Positions 13,898 to 22,816 of a stretch of DNA of 64,000 nt are shown piece by piece (the stretch's first letter is position 1; each line of letters opens with the position of its first letter). Position numbers and translations under genes: made by a program. The notes beneath the pieces were generated by a model. The model saw nothing but the letters and a program-made list of their open reading frames with translations. It searched no databases and had not been told where the DNA came from. Source of the DNA: Escherichia coli (lineage in GTDB: Bacteria; Pseudomonadota; Gammaproteobacteria; Enterobacterales; Enterobacteriaceae); NCBI RefSeq assembly GCF_003334405.1, contig NZ_QOWM01000005.1; one strand, given 5' to 3'.

Positions 13898-14518
13898 TTA
13901 GAGGATTTCCAGCAGTTCGACTTCAAACACCAGGGTGCTGAACGGAGGGATGGATGCGCCTGCGCCGCGCTCGCCATATGCCAGTTCCTGCGGGATAGTC
14001 AGTTCCCATTTAGAACCTACCGGCATCAGAGTCAGTGCTTCAATCCAGCCAGGGATCACGCCATTAACCGGGAATTCAGCGGGTTCACCACGAGCAACGG
14101 AGCTGTCAAACACGGTGCCGTCGATCAGTTTACCGGTGTAATGAACACGAACGCGGTCAGTACGTGCCGGAATTGCGCCTTCACCCTGGTTGATCACGCG
14201 GAATTGCAGGCCAGATTCGGTGCTGTTCACACCTTCTTTTTTGGCATTTTCTTCAAGATATTTCACACCTTCGGCAGCCATCGCCTGGAAACGCTGACGA
14301 CGAACGGCATCGGCGCGTTCGTGGATTTCACGCAGCGCGCGATGCACCACATCAACCGGAACAGCCGGATGTTTGCCTTCCAGCGCATCTGCAATACCAG
14401 CCACCAGCGCCTCCGGCAGCAGCCCTTGCAGGCCAGATTCACTCAGTTGTTGGCCTACCTGTAAACCAATGCCGTAGCTTGCTTGCGCTTCGATGGTGTC
14501 AAAAGTTGGGGTGGTCAT
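13898..14518 (-). CDS. fklB: FKBP-type peptidyl-prolyl cis-trans isomerase FklB
   Basis: Track ORF to 14569; internal ATG (14518-14516) gives [20 protein letters not shown], 206 aa as recalled. Confidence 0.92.
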   Translation of the reverse strand: MTTPTFDTIEAQASYGIGLQVGQQLSESGLQGLLPEALVAGIADALEGKHPAVPVDVVHRALREIHERADAVRRQRFQAMAAEGVKYLEENAKKEGVNSTESGLQFRVINQGEGAIPARTDRVRVHYTGKLIDGTVFDSSVARGEPAEFPVNGVIPGWIEALTLMPVGSKWELTIPQELAYGERGAGASIPPFSTLVFEVELLEIL

Positions 14519-14736
14519 CGTATTTCCTTTCTTAGGGTATAAAAGTAGCGGGCAGCATATCAGCCACACTTCTTTGGGTAAAACTTTGTCGCAGGAATGA
14601 TGACAAATCCCGGGGAAAAAGAAACAATAGCAATATCCCGTATGAATATAATAAAGGCGGGTTTACCACGGACATCATAGCGTTAGCTTATTCATAGGCT
14701 ATGATTGAGGAACAAGACGCGGAGCAGGAGGAAACC

Positions 14737-15375
14737 ATGCCCGGGCGCTTTGAACTAAAACCAACCCTGGAGAAAGTCTGGCACGCGCCGGACAATTTTC
14801 GCTTCATGGACCCGCTGCCGCCGATGCATCGTCGGGGGATCATTATTGCCGCCATTATATTGGTGGTCGGATTTCTGCTTCCATCTGATGATACGCCCAA
14901 CGCGCCGGTGGTGACGCGTGAAGCGCAGTTAGATATTCAGTCGCAATCACAACCGCCGACAGAAGAACAGCTGCGGGCGCAATTAGTCACACCACAAAAT
15001 GATCCTGATCAGGTGGCTCCGGTCGCTCCAGAACCTATACAGGAAGGCCAGCCAGAAGAACAGCCGCAAACTACCCAAACACAACCATTCCAGCCAGATA
15101 GCGGAATTGATAATCAATGGCGCTCTTACCGTGTCGAACCCGGTAAAACGATGGCGCAGCTGTTCCGCGACCACGGACTGCCCGCTACCGATGTCTATGC
15201 AATGGCGCAGGTAGAAGGCGCGGGTAAGCCGCTGAGTAATTTGCAAAACGGGCAAATGGTGAAAATCCGCCAGAACGCCAGCGGCGTGGTGACGGGCTTA
15301 ACCATTGATACGGGGAATAATCAACAGGTCCTGTTCACCCGCCAGCCGGATGGCAGTTTTATTCGTGCGCGGTAG
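14737..15375 (+). CDS. ytfB: OapA/LysM-domain cell-division protein YtfB
   Basis: Track ORF from 14701; ATG 14737 preceded by AGGAGG gives [20 protein letters not shown], 212 aa as recalled; Pro/Gln-rich linker. Confidence 0.9.
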
Positions 15376-16006
15376 ATGAAGGGTCAACCAAAAGCCAGCT
15401 AAGGATTGTCTCTTTGATGACCTTACGTCTGGCTTCCAGTGCCTGGGGGGAAACCATACTGATATGATAAACCAGGCCAAGCGTATGCTGGTTGATCAAA
15501 TAATATCCGCCAAGCGCAGCAATATTAATATTCACCTGCAATGGGTCGATATCTGGCTTAAAAATATTGTGTTTCTTCCCTTCATCCAATAAGGATTCCA
15601 TTAACTGCAAGTGCGCATGGTTAATTTCTAAGAGACGCTGTGATTTTGCATAATGCACACCTTTACTTTGATTTTCACTATGCACAATTTTTAAAAACCA
15701 GGGATTAGCAATATAATAATCCCATGTAAAATCAATAATTTTCTCAATGGCTTTTTGTGGCGGAAGATCTGAGAAATCAAGGGCCTTTTCTTTTTGTCGA
15801 ATATCGTTCCAGGTATATTCCAGTACTTCAATAAATAAATTTTCTTTATTACCAAAGTGATGATAAACCGTCTGTTTACTACACCCCGCAGCCTTAACAA
15901 TATTATCGACCCTGGCCCCTTCATAACCATATTCGGCAAATTCATTAACCGCGCATAACAGCAGCTTTTCCTTCAGGCTCTGTACGTTGCTGGTATCAAG
16001 ATACAT
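15359..16006 (-). CDS. TetR/AcrR-family transcriptional regulator, divergent from the accessory operon
   Basis: N-terminal HTH region ([44 protein letters not shown]) typical of TetR_N; ATG at 16006 with GGGGAAG upstream preferred over the track's TTG at 16030; gene is visibly AT-rich; 3' end overlaps ytfB convergently. Confidence 0.8.
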
Positions 16007-16128
16007 AACGCTTCCCCACGACCTCTTCAAGATAACTATCTTAACCCGATTAATTAGAAGCTCCAGTAAAAAGGATAAAAACTTGTACTTTCATCAAGTT
16101 ATCAAATGTCCTGTGATCACTATCGCAT

Positions 16129-16172
16129 ATCAACCAACCAGATGGTTGATCTTTCTTGCGGCACGTCGCAAG
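16129..16172. promoter_or_regulatory. Candidate operator palindromes in the TetR / operon divergent intergenic region
   Basis: ATCAACCA-N6-TGGTTGAT (16129-16150, 8-bp arms) and CTTGCG-N6-CGCAAG (16155-16172), 47-90 bp upstream of the first operon ATG. Confidence 0.4.
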
Positions 16173-16218
16173 CTAATTGTCACTTAGAAAACAATATTCA
16201 AAAAAAGAGAGCTATTGT

Positions 16219-17010
16219 ATGAAATCCACTCGTCCTGTTGCCGTGATTACCGGAGCCGCTCGTGGTATTGGAAAGGGCTGTGCGCTGGAGCTTGCTCGTG
16301 GCGGATTTAACCTGCTGATTAACGATCTTCCCGATGCCGACAGCGTAGAAAAACTGCATATCACACAACAAGAATGTATAGCTGAAGGCGTGGAAGTGAT
16401 TTGCTTCCCTGCCGATGTCGGCGATCTCTCCTTGCATGAAGAGATGCTCGACGCGGCGCAAAACCTGTGGGGACGTCTGGACTGCCTGCTCAACAACGCA
16501 GGCATTTCAGTGAAAAAACGCGGTGACCTCCTCGACCTCGAACCAGACAGCTTCGATCAAAACATTGCCATTAACACCCGCGCGCCGTTCTTCCTTGCTC
16601 AGGCATTCAGTAAGCGTTTACTGGCACAGCCGAAACCGGAAGCGGAACTGCCGCACCGCTCGATTATTTTCGTCAGTTCCATCAACGCCATCATGCTGGC
16701 GATGAATCGCGGCGAATACACCATTGCCAAAACCGCCGTTTCTGCCGCTGCTCGTCTATTTGCAGCTCGCCTTTGTAATGAACAAATTGGCGTTTATGAA
16801 GTGCGCCCAGGTCTCATCAAAACTGATATGACTATTCCGGCAACGGCTTATTACGACGAACTGATTGCCAAAGGTCTGGTGCCGTGGGGACGTTGGGGTT
16901 ATCCGGCTGATATTGCTTCCACTGTCCGCGCGATGGCGGAAGGTAAACTGATTTACACCTGTGGTCAGGCGGTCGCCATCGACGGCGGCTTAAGTATGCC
17001 GCGCTTCTGA
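16219..17010 (+). CDS. Short-chain dehydrogenase/reductase (SDR) family oxidoreductase
   Basis: Glycine-rich cofactor motif VAVITGAARGIGKG near the N-terminus and catalytic YTIAK (YxxxK); ATG 16219 chosen, track ORF begins upstream at 16177. Confidence 0.8.
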   Translation: MKSTRPVAVITGAARGIGKGCALELARGGFNLLINDLPDADSVEKLHITQQECIAEGVEVICFPADVGDLSLHEEMLDAAQNLWGRLDCLLNNAGISVKKRGDLLDLEPDSFDQNIAINTRAPFFLAQAFSKRLLAQPKPEAELPHRSIIFVSSINAIMLAMNRGEYTIAKTAVSAAARLFAARLCNEQIGVYEVRPGLIKTDMTIPATAYYDELIAKGLVPWGRWGYPADIASTVRAMAEGKLIYTCGQAVAIDGGLSMPRF

Positions 17011-17019
17011 GGCTGAATC

Positions 17020-17862
17020 ATGAGAGATCTGTTACAACGCCCGGATTTATTCAGTATCAATACCGCAACACTGGGCTATAAAACGCCGCTACCCGCCATT
17101 ATTGATGCCTGCGCCGCGCGTGGTATTGGCGCGATTGCTCCCTGGCGCAGGGAGTTGCAAGGTGAAGATCTCCAGCAAATCGCCCACCAGCTTGCCGCCA
17201 GTAACATGAGCGTTTCCGGTTTGTGCCGTAGCACTTACTACACCGCGCCGACACTGGCGGAACGCAAACTGGCGATTGATGATAACCGCCGGGCGCTGGA
17301 CGACGCAGCGGTGCTTAACGCCGCCTGTTATATGCAGGTGGTTGGCGGTCTGCCAACGGGCACTAAAGATCTATATGAAGCGCGAGAACAAGTGAAACAA
17401 GGGATTCGCCAGTTGCTGCCACATTCGAAAGATGTCGGCGTGCCAATTGCGCTGGAGCCACTGCACCCGATGACAGCTGCCGATCGCTCTTGCCTGTGCA
17501 CGTTACGCCAGGCGCTGGACTGGTGTGATGAACTCGATCCCGATGGTGAGTTTGGCCTCGGCGTGGCGGTGGATGTTTATCACGTCTGGTGGGATCCGGA
17601 TCTCGCCAGTCAGATCCTGCGTGCCGGAAAACGCATCCTCGCGTTTCATGTTTCCGACTGGTTAGTGCCGACCACTGATCTGGTCAATGACCGTGGTATG
17701 CCGGGAGATGGCGTCATCAATATTCCGTCAATTCGTCGGCTGGTTGAAAACGCCGGATTTAATGGCGCTATTGAACTGGAAATATTCTCGCCGTACTGGT
17801 GGCAAAAAGATATTAACAGCACGCTGGATATTAGCGTCGATCGCATCGCGCATTATTGTTAA
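17020..17862 (+). CDS. Sugar-phosphate isomerase/epimerase, xylose-isomerase-like TIM-barrel family
   Basis: 280-aa ORF with ATG 17020 10 nt after the SDR stop, GAGG upstream; IALEPLHP-type motif; family assignment from recalled signatures, not a search. Confidence 0.65.
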   Translation: MRDLLQRPDLFSINTATLGYKTPLPAIIDACAARGIGAIAPWRRELQGEDLQQIAHQLAASNMSVSGLCRSTYYTAPTLAERKLAIDDNRRALDDAAVLNAACYMQVVGGLPTGTKDLYEAREQVKQGIRQLLPHSKDVGVPIALEPLHPMTAADRSCLCTLRQALDWCDELDPDGEFGLGVAVDVYHVWWDPDLASQILRAGKRILAFHVSDWLVPTTDLVNDRGMPGDGVINIPSIRRLVENAGFNGAIELEIFSPYWWQKDINSTLDISVDRIAHYC

Positions 17863-17871
17863 GGAATGATC

Positions 17872-18648
17872 ATGAGTGACCAACCCGTTCTGTTCAGCAG
17901 AGCGGCGGCTTCCTGCCGCCTGACATTGAACCGTGAAGATAAATGTCATGCTATTAACGAAGAGATGATCGAATCTCTCGACCATTATTTAAATGAAATT
18001 GAAAACGACACCACATTACGATTAGTCGAATTAACGGCAACCGGCGATAAATTCTTTTGTGCGGGCGGCGATATTAAATCGTGGTCGGCCTATTCGCCAT
18101 TAGATATGGGCAGAAAATGGATTAAACGCGGTAATGACGTTTTTAATCGCCTGCGAAACTTACCCCAATTAACCGTTGCGAATCTCAACGGTCATACCAT
18201 CGGCGGTGGTATTGAACTGGCCTTGTGCTGCGATATTCGTATTGCCCGCCCCGGCGCGAAATTCTCTAACCCGGAAGTGATGCTCGGCATGGTGCCTGGC
18301 TGGATGGGCATTGAACGTGTGCTTAATCAGGTTGGTCCGGTGGTCGGTCGCCAGATGCTGATGCTGGGTAAACGCCTGACGGCGCAGGAAGCCCAGGCGG
18401 CGAATTTAATTGATGAAGTGGTAGAAAAAGAACAGGTGGAAAGCTGGATGGCGAACCAGTTAGCGCAGCTGGAAAAATGCGGCCCGGTGGCACTGGCGCA
18501 TATTAAGCAACTGATTCTGGCACTGGAAAATAAACATGCCGATTACCCGCACCAGCTACTGGCCGGATTAATGTCTGCCACTCAGGATTGCCAGCAGGCG
18601 ACGCGCGCCTTTGCCGAAAAAAGTAGCGTGAGCTTCCATAATCAATAA
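17872..18648 (+). CDS. Enoyl-CoA hydratase/isomerase (crotonase fold)
   Basis: Crotonase signatures FCAGGDI and GHTIGGGIELALCCDIRIA; ATG 17872 has AAGGA 6 nt upstream (track start 17866 is 2 codons earlier). Confidence 0.8.
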   Translation: MSDQPVLFSRAAASCRLTLNREDKCHAINEEMIESLDHYLNEIENDTTLRLVELTATGDKFFCAGGDIKSWSAYSPLDMGRKWIKRGNDVFNRLRNLPQLTVANLNGHTIGGGIELALCCDIRIARPGAKFSNPEVMLGMVPGWMGIERVLNQVGPVVGRQMLMLGKRLTAQEAQAANLIDEVVEKEQVESWMANQLAQLEKCGPVALAHIKQLILALENKHADYPHQLLAGLMSATQDCQQATRAFAEKSSVSFHNQ

Positions 18649-18657
18649 GGAAATTGT

Positions 18658-20199
18658 ATGCGTAAGATAACAACCGCCGAGGCACTGGCGGCGCAAATTC
18701 AGGACGGTGCGACTATTGCTATTAGCGGTAACGGCGGCGGTATGGTGGAAGCCGACCATATTCTGGCTGCTATTGAAGCGCGTTTCCTGCAAACCGGACA
18801 CCCTCGCGACCTGACGCTAATCCACTCGCTGGGTATTGGCGATCGCGACTGCAAAGGCACTAATCGTTTTGCGCACGCAGAGATGCTCAAACGCATTATT
18901 GCCGGGCACTTTACCTGGTCGCCCAAAATGCAGGCGCTGGTAAAAAATAACACGATTGAAGCCTACTGCTTTCCTGGTGGCGTGATTCAGGCACTGCTAC
19001 GGGAGATCGGCGCCGGACGTCCGGGGCTTTTTACCCACGTTGGGCTGGGATCGTTTGTTGATCCACGCAATGGCGGCGGTAAGTCGAATGAATGCACTAC
19101 CGACGAGCTGGTAGAACTGATTGAAATCGACGGTGAAACCAAACTTCGTTATCGCCCTTTCAAAGTGGATTACGCGATTTTGCGTGGCACTTATGCCGAT
19201 CCTCGAGGCAACGTCAGCCTTGAAGAAGAAGCGATTGATATGGATAGCTATTCCATGGCGCTGGCAGCACACAACAGCGGCGGCAAAGTGTTCGTACAGG
19301 TACGCGATGTGCTGGAAGCTGGCGCGATTGAACCACGCCGGGTCAAATTACCGGGCATTCTGGTTGATGGCATCGTTGAACACCGCGAACAACCACAAAC
19401 CTATCTTGGCGGTTACGACCTGACCATCAGCGGCCAACATCGCCGTCTGAGTTCTAACGACGCTATTGAACTGGTTAGTCATCCGGTACGTCGCCTGATT
19501 GCCCGTCGGGCAGCACGCGAACTGGTAGCTGGCGCTTCAACCAACTTTGGCTTTGGTATTCCCGGCGGCATTCCAGGAGTAGCGCTGCGCGAAGGCGTTC
19601 CTTACCAAAGTTTATGGCTGAGCGTCGAGCAAGGCGTACATAACGGCATGATGCTGGATGATGCGTTTTTCGGCTGCGCCCGCAACGCCGATGCCATTAT
19701 TCCATCACTCGATCAATTTGAGTTCTACAGTGGCGGAGGGATCGATATCACCTTCCTCGGCATGGGAGAGATGGATCAGTACGGTAACGTCAACGTCTCC
19801 CATCTCAATGGCAATCTGATTGGCCCCGGCGGATTTCTCGAAATTGCGCAAAATGCCCGTAAAGTGGTGTTCTGCGGCACGTTCGACGCTAAAGGCAGCA
19901 AGATCGATATAACACCAGATGGCTTGCATATCGCCCAGTCAGGTCAAATCCCTAAACTGGTTACCAAGGTGGAAAAAATCACTTTTAGCGCCGCCTACGC
20001 ACAGCAAAGTGGTCAGGAAGTGTTGTATATCACTGAACGCGCAGTATTCCAGTTAACGGCAGAAGGCGTTGAATTAATTGAAATCGCGCCGGGTGTGGAG
20101 ATTGAGCGCGACATTCTGCCGTATATGGCTTTCCGTCCAATTATCAAGCACCCACGCCTGATGGAAAGTAGCCTGTTTACGCCGATGGAGGATGCATGA
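18658..20199 (+). CDS. Family-I CoA-transferase, fused alpha/beta, YdiF-like
   Basis: 513 aa; segments GSFVDPRNGGGK, ITERAVF and IEIAPGV closely resemble recalled E. coli YdiF; AAGGA upstream of ATG 18658. Confidence 0.8.
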   Translation: MRKITTAEALAAQIQDGATIAISGNGGGMVEADHILAAIEARFLQTGHPRDLTLIHSLGIGDRDCKGTNRFAHAEMLKRIIAGHFTWSPKMQALVKNNTIEAYCFPGGVIQALLREIGAGRPGLFTHVGLGSFVDPRNGGGKSNECTTDELVELIEIDGETKLRYRPFKVDYAILRGTYADPRGNVSLEEEAIDMDSYSMALAAHNSGGKVFVQVRDVLEAGAIEPRRVKLPGILVDGIVEHREQPQTYLGGYDLTISGQHRRLSSNDAIELVSHPVRRLIARRAARELVAGASTNFGFGIPGGIPGVALREGVPYQSLWLSVEQGVHNGMMLDDAFFGCARNADAIIPSLDQFEFYSGGGIDITFLGMGEMDQYGNVNVSHLNGNLIGPGGFLEIAQNARKVVFCGTFDAKGSKIDITPDGLHIAQSGQIPKLVTKVEKITFSAAYAQQSGQEVLYITERAVFQLTAEGVELIEIAPGVEIERDILPYMAFRPIIKHPRLMESSLFTPMEDA

Positions 20200-22277
20200 G
20201 TCAGCTTGATGACACCATCCTTGATGCGCTGACGCACGTTACTTTCCCAAAGGGTTTTGCACAGGCAGAGCCCGCATGGGTTGTCACGGTAGACGGTGTT
20301 GATTACCCACTCTGGCAAACAGATGCCCTGGTAGTCGGCAGTGGTGCAGCCGGGCTGCGTGCAGCTGTGGAACTTAAACGCCGCCAGCAAAATGTGCTGA
20401 TCGCCACCGCCGGGTTATATATGGGGACGTCGGCATGTTCTGGTTCCGATAAACAGACACTGTTTACCGCCGCTACCGCGGGCAACGGCGACAACTTCAC
20501 CAAACTGGCAGAGGCACTGGCGAGCGGTGGGGCGATGGATCACGACACCGCTTATGTCGAAGCGGTAGGTTCTCTGCACACTCTTGGCGGGTTGCAATAT
20601 CTTGGTCTGGAATTACCGGAAGATCGCTATGGCGCGATTCTTCGTTATCAAACCGACCATGACGAAGCCGGGCGTGCAACCTCGTGTGGGCCGCGTACCT
20701 CAAGGTTAATGGTGAAAGTGCTGTTGGAAGAAGTACAGCGCCTCGCCATTCCAGTGTTGACCAGTGCAACAGTGATTAAACTGCTGCATCAGCGTGACGA
20801 AAACGGCGAAGACCGTGTTGCGGGGGCAATCCTCGCGACCGGTCATCGCGCCCATAACCCTTGGGGGCTGGCAATTGTGACTGCGCCCAATGTGGTACTG
20901 GCAACAGGAGGGCCTGGCGAGCTTTATCGCGACAGTGTGTACCCACACAAATGTTTTGGCTCGCTGGGGCTGGCGCTGGAGGAAGGCCTGACGCTAACCA
21001 ATCTGACCGAAAGCCAGTTTGGTATAGGCACGCCGCGTAGCACGTTTCCGTGGAATTTATCCGGCACCTATGTACAGGTGATCCCGTATATCTATTCCGT
21101 GGATGCTGAGGGTAACGAGTATAACTTCCTCGCGGATTACTATCGCACCACCCAGGAGCTGGCTTCAAACATTTTCCGTAAAGGCTATCAGTGGCCGTTC
21201 CACGCCACTCGGGTGATGGATTTTGGCTCCAGCTTGTTAGATATGGCAGTAGCGCAAGAGCAGCAATCAGGGCGTCAGGTATTTATGGATTTCAATCGCA
21301 ATCCTGAAGCGGTGCCGGGTGACCTGCCGTTCTCATTAGATCGACTGGACGACGACGTTCGCGCGTATCTGGAAAATAACGACGCTCTGGCACCATCGCC
21401 CATCGAACGGCTGCAACGAATGAATCCGCTGTCTATCTCGCTGTATAAGATGCACGGTTACGATCTCACCACACAGCCTTTGCAGTTTGCCATGAATAAT
21501 CAGCATATGAATGGCGGCATTGAAGTGGATATCTGGGGACAAACCTCCCTGCCCGGCTGTTTCGCCGTGGGGGAAGTTGCTGGCACACACGGCGTCACTC
21601 GCCCTGGTGGTGCAGCATTGAATGCCGGGCAGGTTTTTGCTGTTCGTCTGGCACGTTTTATTGGTTGCACGCAAAAGCGGAATATTGATGGAGATATAGC
21701 ACAGCTGGTAGCTCCTACACTGGCTTCTATAAGAGAGATCATTACTCAGGCGCACGATAACGGGACCGGGATGCCGTTGTCGGTTGTGAGAGAAAAAATT
21801 CAGGCACGAATGTCTGACCATGCGGGATTTATTTGCCATGCCGATAAAGTCCGACGCGCCACTCGCGATGCCCTGCTATTGAGCGAATTTGTCCAACGGC
21901 ATGGATTGGCTATCAAACATGTGGGTGAAGTTGCCGAGCTGTTTATGTGGCGGCATATGGCACTGACTTCTGCCGCCGTATTAACGCAATTAACGCATTA
22001 TATTGACGCAGGTGGTGGTAGTCGGGGAGCACGTATTATTCTCGACAGGGATGGAAATTCTATTCCGCAAACACGAAATGGTTTTTGTGATGCCTGGCGC
22101 TTTCGTTCAGAGCGTACTGAGGATAAAAAAGATAAACTACTTATTCATTATTGCAACGGTATCTTTCACGTCAGAGAAACACCTGTTCGTGAGTTTCCTA
22201 TTATCCGAGGTATTTGGTTTGAAAAAAACTGGCCTGGTTTTCTTAATGGGACAATTTACCAGCCACAGGATGAATGA
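20196..22277 (+). CDS. FAD-binding flavoprotein of the fumarate-reductase/succinate-dehydrogenase/L-aspartate-oxidase superfamily
   Basis: 693 aa; N-terminal dinucleotide fold VVGSGAAGLRAA, mid-region LATGGPGE and C-terminal HGVTRPGGAALNAGQVFAVRLA typical of FAD_binding_2 proteins; ATG 20196 overlaps the upstream stop (ATGA). Confidence 0.78.
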   Translation: MSQLDDTILDALTHVTFPKGFAQAEPAWVVTVDGVDYPLWQTDALVVGSGAAGLRAAVELKRRQQNVLIATAGLYMGTSACSGSDKQTLFTAATAGNGDNFTKLAEALASGGAMDHDTAYVEAVGSLHTLGGLQYLGLELPEDRYGAILRYQTDHDEAGRATSCGPRTSRLMVKVLLEEVQRLAIPVLTSATVIKLLHQRDENGEDRVAGAILATGHRAHNPWGLAIVTAPNVVLATGGPGELYRDSVYPHKCFGSLGLALEEGLTLTNLTESQFGIGTPRSTFPWNLSGTYVQVIPYIYSVDAEGNEYNFLADYYRTTQELASNIFRKGYQWPFHATRVMDFGSSLLDMAVAQEQQSGRQVFMDFNRNPEAVPGDLPFSLDRLDDDVRAYLENNDALAPSPIERLQRMNPLSISLYKMHGYDLTTQPLQFAMNNQHMNGGIEVDIWGQTSLPGCFAVGEVAGTHGVTRPGGAALNAGQVFAVRLARFIGCTQKRNIDGDIAQLVAPTLASIREIITQAHDNGTGMPLSVVREKIQARMSDHAGFICHADKVRRATRDALLLSEFVQRHGLAIKHVGEVAELFMWRHMALTSAAVLTQLTHYIDAGGGSRGARIILDRDGNSIPQTRNGFCDAWRFRSERTEDKKDKLLIHYCNGIFHVRETPVREFPIIRGIWFEKNWPGFLNGTIYQPQDE

Positions 22278-22297
22278 TATTGCAAAGGTTAATCACT

Positions 22298-22774
22298 ATG
22301 CGAAATATAATTAGATCTATTAATGCTCTGCTTGCAGCATTGAACATTACCATTTTGGCGATCATCGTGGCATGTGTGACGTGGCAGGTGGCTGCACGAT
22401 TTATATTTACTAGTCCCAGTATTTTTACAGATGAACTCAGCCGTTTGCTCTTTATTTGTCTTGGACTTTTTGGTGGGGCATACACCGCAGGGCAAAACCG
22501 GCATCTGGCGATTGACCTGCTACCTATGATGCTGAAAGGAAAAGCCCGACGTCATTTATTTTTGTGTATTCAGATTATCGTTATTATCTTCGCAACCATC
22601 ATTATGGTATATGGTGGTGGGCTATTAACGATGGATACATTCGATTCAGGTCAGACCTCGCCCGCTTTAGGCTGGCAAATGGGATATATCTATATGAGCA
22701 TCCCGATTAGTGGTGTACTTATTATTATATACACCATAGATATGGTTTTAACCGAACTTAAACAACCACTCTAA
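22298..22774 (+). CDS. TRAP transporter small permease (DctQ-like)
   Basis: ~160-aa hydrophobic protein with about four predicted TM segments immediately upstream of the large permease; ATG 22298 (AAGG 9 nt upstream) preferred, alternative ATG 22274 overlaps the upstream stop. Confidence 0.75.
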   Translation: MRNIIRSINALLAALNITILAIIVACVTWQVAARFIFTSPSIFTDELSRLLFICLGLFGGAYTAGQNRHLAIDLLPMMLKGKARRHLFLCIQIIVIIFATIIMVYGGGLLTMDTFDSGQTSPALGWQMGYIYMSIPISGVLIIIYTIDMVLTELKQPL

Positions 22775-22816
22775 AGATAACAAACAACAACCAACCATAG
22801 TAGGAATGGAGAAATT

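Noticed and set aside
13856-14464. 202-aa plus-strand ORF
   Set aside because: Antisense to fklB; no start context and no recognisable motifs.
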